Shown one piece after another: positions 39,448-51,040 of a stretch of 64,000 bases of DNA (its first letter is position 1; each line of letters starts with the position of its first letter). The stretch comes from Antechinus flavipes (lineage: Eukaryota). The position numbers and the translations under genes are program-made. The stretch covers positions 497,426,001 through 497,490,000 of the forward strand of contig NC_067400.1 of assembly GCF_016432865.1 (NCBI RefSeq), written 5' to 3'. The notes below the pieces were generated by a model that saw only the letters and a program-made list of their open reading frames with translations, did no database searches and was not told the DNA's origin.

Positions 39448-40738
39448 GGAGTATTTAGGACCTGAGCACCAGTTTTAGTTCTTCCATCAGCTAGCTCAGT
39501 CACCCTGGGTAAATAATTTCACCTCAATGAGCCCGTTTTCCCGTATGTATAATGAAGGTGGTGGATTTCAGAATCTAAAGTTCATTCCAGTTCTAATGCT
39601 GTAGAATTCTATGATGCTCTGGTGACTGGTAATGGAATATAAATGAAAATAAGCCTGTACAATAACATCAAAGTCTTGGACACTAAGGGCTATAACTCAA
39701 ATTTATCATTAACCTGAAACATGGTTATTTCACAGATTATTTTGGTTCCAGCTCTGACTGGATTTTTATCCTCAGGGTATGATTAAACACCACAAAATCC
39801 AGGTTCTTAGAAGTGAAGGACAGCATCCAACTCTGAGTTCATTAAATCATAAAGAACAATGAAGAACAAAGATTGGCAAATTTGCATTCTCTGCCTATGA
39901 GAGTGTCTGCCTTGGAGAACTGTGAGGTGAGGTATATATTATTTTGGCCAAGAAAATAACAAATTAGCATCATCTGATAGAGTTTGAAATAATGTAGTTA
40001 TTTCCAAATAAACTAAATATAATCATATTCACTTGCAACCTCATTTTCATATACTTAAAGTTTCAGAGAATAGAAAACATTATAAAACATTACCTGAAAT
40101 AATCTGGGTTCTTTTATTTTTCCTAAAAAGCTAGGGAGAAGCTATGAACTCAGAACAAATCAGATATTCAAAGGCTACAGTAACACTTTTCCATGAGAGA
40201 AGACAGGAATACAACCTGAATTTAAGTCTCATCTTTAACATACCAGTTCTGTGATTCTATAAAAGTTATTTAACCCCCTCATGTTCTATTGAGGCATATC
40301 TTTAAGACTAAAAGTTGTAGAGGTGTTGATGTCCATAGGTGGAGGGAGTTTTCTCACCTGGGAAATCATCATAGTGAAAGTGCAGCTCTAGTTTCTATTA
40401 TAAAGTAAGACATTACATTTTTTTTTTTAATATTGAAATTACATTCAGAGACAGCAAAGGTCTCAATGTACAGTCTTCATTGTACTTATTGTTAGACTTA
40501 ATGAAAAAAAATTGGATATTGGCTTTCAATTCTATGAAGCTTAGACATTGAAATGACATCCTAGAAATAGATGTGTCTTCCCGAAAGAAGTCAAAATAAT
40601 CTGTGGGAATGACCAGAAGCTAAAGCTAGTAATCAATGTGATTTGGAGCACTTTCTCATTCCATGCTCTCTGCAGGGCTGATATAGATGAACAAAGCAGA
40701 ACAAAGCACCCCAACAAAGAAAGGCCCTGAGGAGATAC

Positions 40739-40953
40739 CTCGTGGTACTTTTTCACAGTTTTCCCCGAGGTGCATGTGCAGGATTTCCAGTTGTTCGATC
40801 CGCAGCCGCAGTTCCCACCGCAGCGCTGGACGAGAAGGCACCGTGGAAAGAAAATGACATTGGTCAGCCTGAGCTCTTCTCTCAGATTGACAGAGTAGTT
40901 CCTTGGAGTGCAACTGTAGCGCTTGACATCATCATTCAGCCGATCCAGGTCCA
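40739..40953 (-). CDS. PDGFD: PDGF-D, penultimate coding exon (exon 6 by human numbering), 215 nt, PDGF/VEGF growth-factor domain core
   Basis: Minus-strand translation (V)DLDRLNDDVKRYSCTPRNYSVNLREELRLTNVIFFPRCLLVQRCGGNCGCGSNNWKSCTCTSGKTVKKYHE matches PDGF-D as recalled. CGGNCGCG is the PDGF-D pattern (PDGF-C has CGGNCACC), and the NYS sequon is present. Acceptor tttgcattgcAG (AG at 40955-40954, phase 1); donor GAG|GTATCT (GT at 40738-40737, phase 0). Confidence 0.97.
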
Positions 40954-41275
40954 CTGCAATGCAAACAACATATGTGTGTACAGATGTATTTAAAGAATGC
41001 AATTGCAAGCATGGCAGAGCTCATGTGTGTCTGGAGGGCCAAGTCAAGTCTTGGATGTAAGCCCCATTGCTTTACACGCCTAGCAAATGAGGCTCTGTTG
41101 TCTGTCAGAATCCTAACTGCTTTCCAAAAATAATAAAATGTTTGACCAAGATCTATAATAGGATCAAATTTCCTTATGTCATTTTTCAATGAATCCATTT
41201 ATTTATTTGGGGGGAGAGGCAGATAGAGTTGTGATGAAGATGACTTCCTTTGCAATGCAAAGCTAAAAAAAAAGA

Positions 41276-41889
41276 CAAAATAAAATTAATATTTAAAAAA
41301 TTCTTGACAGTAATCTATAGATAATCTTAATTATACTGAAAAAAATTTAGGAGGGAACTTGATAATTTTTAAGAGAAAAAAGTCATATTTTAAAATGTTA
41401 TCTTTAGTTAAAATGAGCTTCATATTCAGCCTCTGAAACTTACTTAGACCACTCTTTTTTAACACTAAAAATTATAATATACAGATATATTCTTAACCTG
41501 AATAGGCAGAATGAATTTTCATGTGGAGTTCCCTTAATAAGTCAAAAGATAAAATCACATTCTGTACCTCCAAGGCAAAATAAAATTAATATTTAAAAAA
41601 ATTCTTGACAGTAACCTATAGATAATATTAATTATACTGAAAAAACTTTAGGAGGGAACTTGATAATTTTTAAGGGAAAAAGTCATATTTTAAAATATTA
41701 TCTTTAGTTAAAAGTGAGCTTTAGATCAGGAAGATCTGGATTCATGTTCTGCCTCTGAAACTTACTTAAACTCTTTTTAACACTAGAAATTATAATATAT
41801 AGATGTAATGCTAACCTGAACAGGCAGAATGAATTTTCATGTGGAGTTCCCTTAACAAATCAAAAGATAAAATCACATTCTGAACCTCC
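41276..41889 (+). repeat. Head-to-tail tandem duplication, 300-bp period
   Basis: caaaataaaattaatattt...acctcc at 41276-41571 and again at 41576-41889; roughly 90% identity. Confidence 0.95.
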
Positions 41890-42833
41890 TAATATATACA
41901 TATATATTATATATGTGTGTGTATGTGTCTATATCCATATATATATTTAGAATTAGTATCAGAGATGTTTTATATCTACATGTGTGTACTGGTTTGTATA
42001 TACATGTCAATGTCTACATTGAAACCTCTTGCTACAATGAATATATATGAAATAGAAATGAAAGGAATTTATTAAGTGCCTACCATGCACCAAGCATTGT
42101 GCCAAGTCTTATATTGGCAAATAAAAAAGCAAGCTCTGAGATCCAAAAGTAAAGGGAACCTTACCTTACCCACCACATTGTGGTATGGGATTAGAAGGAA
42201 GGACTCTGAGGAATTCCTCAAGCCTTTTTCCATTAGTACGTCTGTATAAATTATGATTATTCAATCATATGATTATTACCTCGGAAGGAAGAGAGAGCCT
42301 GAATCTAAAGAGATGAAGTATATATCCAGTGGGAACAGAGATATATGGTAGCAGCCATATGTGTGTGTGTGTGGGGGGGTGGTACATACACCATGGAAGA
42401 AGCTTTTGGGAATATCTCTAGAAGAACTCTGGCTTTGCACTCTACTGACTTCCAAAGAAAGCATCTAATCAATGATTTCGTGTATTTATTAATGTGATGA
42501 GTCAACACTCACACATAAAATGGATTCATTAATTTGTGGCTAATAGCCTGAGTTGTTTGGGGGGATTCTAAGTGTCTACTAAGAAATAATTATCCAAACT
42601 TCTGAATGGACCAAAATGATTTATTTATATGAAACGAAAATTACTTTCTATTTCAATGTTTTTAAAGCTATAGTCGCAAAATCCTGAAAAAAATACTTTT
42701 GTCCCTTTATCCATCCATCCATCTATCCACCTAAAACCTTTGGGAGCTAGGGACATGATTTCAAAATATTCCCACATGAAAAATGATAGGAGTAATTTTA
42801 CTTGAAGTCCAATGGATATAGTCACTGCTCTTT

Positions 42834-43774
42834 TTTTTTAATTTTTAATAGCTTTTTATTTGCAAGTTATATGCATGGGTAATTTTACAGCATTGACAAT
42901 TGTCAAACCTTTTGTTCCAATTTTTCCGCTCCTTCTCCCCACCCTTCTTCTAGATGGCAGGATGACCAGAAGATGTTAAATATATTAAAGTATAAATTAG
43001 ATACACAATAAATATACATGACCAAACTGTTATTTTTCTGTACAAAAAAAATCGGACTCTGAAATATTGTACAATTAACCTGTGAAGGAAATAAAAAATG
43101 CAGGTGGGCAAAAATATAGGGATTGGGAATTCTATATAATGGTTCTTAGTCATCTCCCAGAGTTCTTTCGCTGGGAGTGGCTGGTTCAGTTCATTACTGC
43201 TCCATTGGAACTGATTTGGTTCATCTCATTGCTGAAGATGGCCAGGTCAATCAGAATTGATCATCATATAGTATTGTTGTTGAAGTATATTATGATCTCC
43301 TGGCCCTGCTTGTTTCACTCAGCATCAGTTCGTGTAAGTTTCCCCAGGCCTTTCTGAAATCATCCTGCTGGTCATTTCTTACCAAACAATAATATTCCAT
43401 AATATTCATATACCACAATTTACCCAGCCATTCTCCAATTGATGGGCATCCACTCAGTTTCCAGTTTCTAGCCACTACAAACAGGACTGCCACAAACATT
43501 TGGGCACATACGGTCCCTTTCCCTTCTTTAGTATCTCTTCGGGGTATAAGCCCACTGCTGGATCAAAGGGTATGCACAGTTTGACAACTTTTTGAGCATA
43601 GTTCCAAATTGCTCTCCAGAATGGCTGGATGTGTTCACAATTCCACCAACAATGTATCAGTATTCCCTCCAACATTCTGCATTATCTTTCTCTGTCATTC
43701 TAGCCAGTCTGACAGGTGTGTGGTGATATCCCAGAGTTGTCTTAATTTGCATTTCTCTGATTAATCATGACTTG
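42834..43774 (-). mobile_element. LINE-1, 5'-truncated, 15-bp TSD, sense to PDGFD
   Basis: ORF2 end (LIHCWWNCEHIQPFWRAIWNYAQK; MFVAVLFVVARNWKLSGCPSIGEWL), AATAAA and poly(A). TSD tagtcactgctcttt (42819-42833) vs tagtcactgttcttt (43775-43789); TT/AAAG target site. Confidence 0.93.
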
Positions 43775-43944
43775 TAGTCACTGTTCTTTAATGCAATTCA
43801 CTTAAGCAGGGACAAAACATCTAGGCATATTTTTAGGAAGGAAGGAACCTTGGGCAGGAAATGCCCAAAATTGGGTGGCTATTTGTTTCCACTTTTGATT
43901 TTCTCCTTTTGACTGGTCACTGAATCTCCCTGGACTCAGTTTAT

Positions 43945-44093
43945 NNNNNNNNNNNNNNNNNNNNNNNNNNNNNNNNNNNNNNNNNNNNNNNNNNNNNNNN
44001 NNNNNNNNNNNNNNNNNNNNNNNNNNNNNNNNNNNNNNNNNNNNNNNNNNNNNNNNNNNNNNNNNNNNNNNNNNNNNNNNNNNNNNNNNNNNN
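43945..44093. other. Assembly gap (149 N)
   Basis: Run of N in the sequence. Confidence 1.
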
Positions 44094-44999
44094 TAATTCA
44101 ATGATCCCATGAACTGAGACAACCCTGAAACATGATGTAATCTCTAACTCCCATCATGCTGAAATATCTCAGAGCCCAGACTTTTCTCCTTCAGGAGGAA
44201 GAAATGGATCCTATCCTAGGATTCAGGGTAAAAGTATAGACTCATGTCTGTGAGATCTGTTTTTACATGTTCTTTCAATCCACAAACATTAATCACGTGC
44301 CTACTAAGTGTCAGATATTGTTCTAGATGCTGGATGCTCAAGAGCACTGTGTTGTGGAGACAGTACTAGATGTGGAGCCAGAAGATGTAGATTTGAATCC
44401 TTGCTGAGCTACATAATACCTCTGTCACCTTGGATAAGTCTTTAATTTCCTCATATAAGAAATGATCTAAGGTCTCTTCCAGGGCTTTGCACATAGTATG
44501 TGATCAGCAAATGTGCACTGAAACTCTAGCTCTAAATCCTATAAATGCTTCATGGTCAGTTGCCCATTTATTTGTAATGCTCTAAAATCGCTAGTATCAT
44601 TGAAAACACGCACAGAAAATAGACTTCTCTAAATTTACTGTCCTATAAAAAATTTTTATTGTTTAAAAAAAAAAGAGTGCAAGAAAATAAAGAAAAAGGC
44701 AAGGATGGAGATCAGCTTTTGTCTTCCACTAAGTTCATAGGTTCATAAGTTTGGATTGGAAGGGATCTAAAAAGTTATCTTGTCCAATCCATTTATTTCA
44801 AGGATGATGAAAAGGAGGCCTAGAGGAATTAAGTGAATTGCCTGAAGTCATATAGGTAACAAGTAACAGAACAGTCTTATTTAACCCATTTTCTCAAATT
44901 ACAAAGGGCATAGTCTTTCCATTGTACTACAGTACCTTTCTTTATTAATATGAAGAAGAATCAAAGAAAGCTCTCTCTGATATTAAATGAAAGCTTAGA

Positions 45000-45155
45000 T
45001 GTATGTGTGTGGATATGCATATTATATATAAATGTGTGTGTGTACATATACAATATATACATATACATCAATATATACATATACATTCTAACCACACACA
45101 CACACACACACACACACCTGTGTATGTGTGTGTGTGTATCTATCTATATATGTAT
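45000..45155. repeat. Compound (TG)/(TA)/(CA) low-complexity tract
   Basis: Alternating purine-pyrimidine runs, including (AC)n at about 45093-45117. Confidence 0.9.
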
Positions 45156-46469
45156 ACTGCTTTGGGTATATAAATGACTTGGGTGTCTGGTGGTATTAAA
45201 TGGGGCTACATCATTATTAAAGGTAGAGACTATAACTTGCCGTTATATGCAAAGTCCAAGATACCACAGGGGCTCAATAAATGCAAAATTATTTTACATA
45301 GTTCATTCTTTTGTTTCTGGTTTTACCCCCTTGAGTAAAGACATGCTGTAGTCTGGCTGTAATCAATCTAGATTTAAATTGAATGAACTCTGTCTTGGGA
45401 AAGGAACCATTTTATCGCAGCAAAAGCCCTGAAAATAACTGCAAGCCAGCAGCAAGGATTACATAAATGGATTAAGAAGTGCTGCAATCATCCATTACAA
45501 GTGTCACCTTGAGATAAATACTGATGATCACTTTTGCTGCTGGCCGCAGGTTATGAGGCTTGTGTAAGGGGCTGATAGAGTGGACCAAATCCATTGGCTA
45601 TGATTATTGGAATACATTTGGATAACTTTGTGAAATGAAGAAATGCTATTAGCTGGACAGAGCTACCTCTTCAGAGCTTAGATAGGGATGGGAAAAGACA
45701 GTGTTTAGACCCAGGCTGGACAGGGTCAGCCAGGCAATTACAATGGCGTACATGTACTTCTGCTTCAGGTACACATTCTGACCTTCAGTGCACATCCAAG
45801 GACAGAACAAGCTACACTCTATTCATTTAATTTGATTTCAAAGGATCCTATAAAACAGGCAAATGTGCTTTTCCGAAAGAACTCTTCCTTCTGAAAACAG
45901 AGAAATGCAGCTTTCCATGGTCGGTTGTACAACTGTTTTACTGTCCTGGAATCAGTTCCTTTCCTCATCAAACACAACAAAGATATTTACAATACAGTTT
46001 CATGCATCAATTCATTGATGTGACTAAAAAGTAGCTGAGACCCAGTGTGATTGGTATGAAATCCAGCTGACTTACTGATCAGGGGATTGAAACCACTGAG
46101 GTACTTAATTTAGAACTAGAACTAAAAGGTTCTTCTGGCTGGATGCAAATAACTTCAAAGCATTATTACAGACTTTTTGCAAGAGATATTGGATTTCTAG
46201 TCAAAGGAGACTGATTAAGCAGTGCACCAGAGCAGGGAGCCAGGCATGAAGCAGTACAGCAATTAGGTCCTTTCAGTCCCTTCATCTGGGAGGGGGGCAC
46301 TGCTATGTGAGTAACATGGGGATGAGCCTTCTGGGATGGAGAGAAACTATGCTGTGCAAACTCAAATAGAATGTTTGTGGTTTGATCTGTAGAGTTTGGC
46401 ATTATAGATCAGTAGAGATACTCCTATTTCAGTAAGCTCTTCATTATTTTCAGCTAATTTCTCCTATTT

Positions 46470-46671
46470 TGCTAGTTCTCAAAGTATGGTCTAGAGAATC
46501 CTGGGGATCTCTGAAACCCTTTTAGAGGGTCTACAAATTCAAAAATAGTTTTTATTTCCAATATGGTAAATGTCTATAAATATAATTCAGATAAACAAAA
46601 ACGCTTTGGAGAAATCCTCAATAATTTTTAATAGGATAAAGATACTGAAAACAAAAGTTTGAGAACCACTG
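46470..46671. mobile_element. hAT-Charlie-type MITE
   Basis: Right terminal inverted repeat aagtttgagaaccactg; degenerate left one (ctagttctcaaagtatggtc). Confidence 0.7.
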
Positions 46672-47984
46672 GTGTATGTAATTCTGAAGCCACTTGTTTG
46701 CTGTCATTTTGATTTTGAAGCCTGATTTTCAGAGGGATCTGTAAGCATTTATCAAACATTTTTTGGTTAAGAATTGACATCCTATTAGGAAAGCTGAAAA
46801 TGTATGTGCTATTCACAGGTCTTCTTTTAGAGATTTTCCACAACATAATAGCATGATATGATGGACAGTATCATTTCTACTTTTCATCGGCAGCTTTAAA
46901 CTACATCTGTGTGACTGTGTACATCTAGGCTTGGAGGGATTCACTGGAATCTTAACACTTGATTGAAAATGTAGGAACAATTACATGGGAGAAACCTGGT
47001 ATTTAATTTATTCATATTTTTTTATGATATGGTAGATATTGGCTTGGGAAGGAAAAGATGCTTAGATTGTTTTCTTCTGGTCCCTGGCAAAAAGTCAGCA
47101 CAGTGAATAAATGGAGCTATGGTTTTGGAGTCTCCCTCAGACACTTATTAGTTAAGTTACATGACCTTAGGCAGCTCACTTTAGTAGCTCAGTCAATCAA
47201 TACTTATTAAGCACTGTGTTAAATTCTGGGGATACAAATAAGACCAAAAAAAGGAAAAGAAAAACAATTCCTGCTTTCAAGGAACTTACAATCAAATAAG
47301 GGAAGGCAACAAACAAAAAAATGATGCTGAAATGTGCAGGGTAAAAGAAGGTTGGGGAAAGTATCTGATAACTTAAAAGTAAATTTAATCTTTTTATGCC
47401 TTTATTTTCTTATCTGTAAAATGAAGAGTTAGGACCAGGTAATCCATAAAGTTCTTTCCATCTTTAAATCTATGTTTGTATAATTCTTAGTAAATTTATG
47501 GAATTTTGGTCTAAAGCCTTTAAAGAAGTCACTGAGGACAGCTTATCACCATCTCCCTGCTCAAATGGTATCTTTTAGTAAGAGTCTGACTCAAATCAAG
47601 TCAACAAACATTTATGCTACAATTGTACAATTATACAAATTTGACAAAAGCAGAAAATCAGGGTAGGAAGGTAGAATGATACAATTTCATGAAGGGCCTA
47701 GATAGGTTATGGAGCTGACTGAATAACTAATAGTGAACCATTAAAGGGTTTCTGCAAATGAGAGATATGATCAGATCTGTGTATAATATACTTCTGGCAG
47801 ATTTATGAAAGATGTATTAGGACCAGATAAGTATGGTGATGAGAAAAATATTCGGCAGCAAAAGTTTAGGAAGGTGATAATGGGTACTTGTATTAGCAGA
47901 GACTAAAGAGATACTATGGAAGTAGAACAAATCAACAGAACTTGATAACTATTTGAATGATAATCATAACAACAATAATTTTGT

Positions 47985-48945
47985 TGGTCATCCATTTTCC
48001 AGTTATGTCTGGTTTTTGAACCCATTTGGGGCTTTCTTAGCAAAATCACTGGAATGGTTTGCCATTTCTTTCCTTAGGTCATTTTAGAGATAAGAAAACT
48101 GAGACCTACTCTACTGGTTCTGTATCCCAAAGAGATCATAATGGAAGGAAGAGAACCTGCATCAACAATGTTTGTAGCAGCTCTTTTTTTGTGGTGACAA
48201 GGAACTGGAAATTGAATAGCTGCCCAATAGTTGGGGAATAGCTGAATAAGTTATATACCAAGTTATGGTAGATGAATGTAATGGAATATTATTGTTCTAT
48301 AAGAAATGATGAGTAGGCTAACTTCAGAAAGGCCTGAAAAGACTTATGTGAACTGATGCTACCTGAAATGAACAGGACCAAGAGAACATTGTACACAGCA
48401 ATAGCAAGATTATGTGATGATCGACTCTGATGGACTTGGCTCTTTTCAACAATGCAGTGATTCAAGGCCAATAGACTTGTGATAGAAAGTGCCCTCTGTC
48501 TGCAGAGAGAGAACTATGGAGACTGAATGTGGATCAAAGCACAGTATTTTCACTTTTTTGTTGTTGTTTGCTTAATTTTTGTTTTTCTTTCTCATGCATT
48601 TTTCTTTTTTGTTCTGATTTTTCTTGTTCAGCATAATGACTATGAAAATATGTTTAGATGAATATGGAAATATAATTGCACATATTTAACATCTCAGATT
48701 GCTTGCTATCTTGGGGAAGAAGAAGCGGGGTAAAGCAGGAGAAAAATTTGGAACACAAAGTTTTCCAAAGGTGAATGTTGAAAACTATTTTTGCCTATTT
48801 GGAAAAATAAAATACCATTTTTAAAAAAAAAGGAAAAAAAAAGAAATTGAGACAAACAAGGTTAACCAATATGCTCATAAATGTGTGAAGCTGGATTTGA
48901 TCTCAGCTGCGCCTGTCTGACTCAAGGCTTTGCATGCTATCTATT
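47985..48945 (-). mobile_element. MAR1-type SINE split by an L1 insertion
   Basis: MAR1 tail at 47985-48105 and head at 48841-48945. Confidence 0.7.
48106..48840 (+). mobile_element. LINE-1 3' end with poly(A), TSD aagaaa(a)c/ttgagac
   Basis: ORF2 end and 3'UTR ending ggaaaaataaaata...poly(A); TSD copies at 48092-48105 and 48841-48853. Confidence 0.88.
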
Positions 48946-50784
48946 GCCCCACCTACTTGCACAACAACAATACTTTGTATTTATAGAACACTTTAAGGTT
49001 TGCAAAGTACTTTACATCAGTTATCTCATTTTACAAGTGAAATTATAGTACCATTGACATAAATGATGAACTCGGAAGAACAGATGTAAGAAGAAAATAC
49101 AATAATCTTGGTTTTAGAGATATTGAGTTTGAAGTGGCAGTGGGATATACAGTGGAGATGCCCACTGGGAACCCAGAAAAGAGATTGAGGCTTGATGCAT
49201 ATATTTAGAAACCATTTGTGTTGAGATAATCATTGAAACAAAAGTAAATTAAATTTCTAAGAGAGAACATAGAATATTTTATAGGACATATGATCTGGGG
49301 CACATTCTGATATAAACCGTATCATTTTAATGTATTTTTAATTCAAGTGAGTTCTGTTATAGAAATTAACTGATAAGCAAAAGTTCCCGTTTGACCTTAT
49401 CCTATGGTGCTGAGTCCCTCTAAGAACCATGGGATATCAAATGATTCCCACTATAGTCTTGTGAGAATAACCATTAGCAGCAGATGAAGAGATATGAAAA
49501 TGAAAAAAGAAATTCTGACATTAGAAAATTCATGGCTTACAAAACAAACAAAAACTGAAAAAAAATACCACTCATTATGAATGGAAGAACATTTCTAAAA
49601 TGTTGGCTCCTTTGCCAGACCAAACATTTATGTAAACTAAAGCAATGCCTTTGCATATGAGAAGGCCATACATGATTTTTAATATAATGCTTGGATAAGT
49701 CATTTAAACTCTTTAATGCTTCAGCAGGGTCAGGGAGAATAAAACTTGATTCAAGGCTTCTTCAGTGATGAGCTTTGAGATAACAGTTTAACTATCATAG
49801 TGGAAGCAGAAGCAAGATTCAAAGAGGTTGAGCAGATACATCAAGGATATATTGAATATATATCAAGGAAATGGGGATATCAGATAAAAATAATATTTTC
49901 AAGAAGTTTAGCAGGGAAGGGAATGGGAGATACTGGGCAATAGATGGACGAAGTAAAAAAAGTCAGAAGAATTTTGTTATTGTTTGTTTTTCCATTTTCT
50001 TTAAGGGATAAGGAGACATTGCATGTTTTAAGCAGATGAACAAAAGTCTTGATGCACAGGGAGCCTAGAAAGACAAAAGAGTGAGTTTTGGCAAAGGTCC
50101 TGGAAGTGGTGGAAAGACATATAATTATAGACAAAGAAACTGACTGGAGAAAATAATTGGGATGCTTCTTGCTGAGACAGGTGGAAAGGAAAAGAAAATA
50201 GATAATAACACTGAAAAAAGTGGGGGAGTATAAAAGAGAAGCTGAAGGCATTTTTATTGGATGGTGAGTATTGAGAAGTGTTATTTTTGGTGACTGCATA
50301 AACAATATATCACACAAATGGATCAGTGTATCTTATCATCTAGTTCAATCCATACAGAAATGGGTATCCCTTCTAAAATGATTCAGTCAAGTCAAGTCAA
50401 TGAAAGCAGGCCAAGCTTTATACATATAAAGAAAGGCAAAAACATTCTTTGCCCTTATGGATTTCACAGTTTAATATGGGATATACACATGGATATTTTC
50501 TAGAATGGACAATGACTCTTTTTAAAATAGTATTTTATTTTTCCAAATACATGCAAAGATGGTTTTCAACATTCACTTTGCACAATATTATGATGAACAC
50601 TGACTCAAGTTAAAGAACCTGATCTTAAGCAAATCAGTGAACATGTCTACAACTTAGTTTCCTCATTTATAGAAAAAGGAGGTTGAATTATTTTACCTAG
50701 TGATGTTATTATCTCCCATGTTTTCAATTATTGTCTCTATGCAGATGACTCTCAGATATTCTTGGTCAGTTCTAGCCTCTCTTG

Positions 50785-51040
50785 AAACAGAAGTGATGCA
50801 GTGGATAGAGTATCATCCTTAGGGAAAGAAAGACTCATCTTCCTGAATTCAAAGCTGGCCTCAGACATTTAGTAGCTGTGTGACCCTGGGCAAGTAACTT
50901 AATCCAGTTTGCCTCAATTTCCCCATGTGTAAGATGAATTGGAGGGGAAAATGGCAAACTACTCCACTATCTCTGCCAAGAAAACGCCAAAGGGGTTCAT
51001 GAAGAGTTAGACATGACTAAAAATGTCTGAACAGCAACCA
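50785..51040 (+). mobile_element. MAR1-type CORE SINE
   Basis: Same head, CORE and RTE-type tail as 13515-13772. Confidence 0.8.

Larger units (their letters stand above)
25418..40738 (-). other. PDGFD: PDGFD intron 6 (15,321 nt, GT-AG)
   Basis: Bounded by the exon 6 donor and the exon 7 acceptor; the reading frame is continuous across the junction (KYHE|VLKI). Confidence 0.92.

Noticed and set aside
40541-41008. 155-aa minus-strand ORF as a stand-alone gene
   Set aside because: It is PDGFD exon 6 plus open intronic flanks; its listed start is TTG (41006-41008), not ATG.
40656-41198. Alternative-frame and antisense ORFs overlapping exon 6
   Set aside because: By-products of the GC-rich coding exon; no independent support.
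41276-41889. CRISPR-like or other repeat-spacer array
   Set aside because: Only two long copies with no spacers, in a eukaryotic context; no regularly spaced short repeats anywhere in the window.
43802-44122. 106-aa ORF spanning the N run
   Set aside because: Artefact of the assembly gap.
49880-50317. 145-aa minus-strand ORF
   Set aside because: Lies in decayed LINE-2 sequence with low-complexity Phe/Leu/Ser bias.
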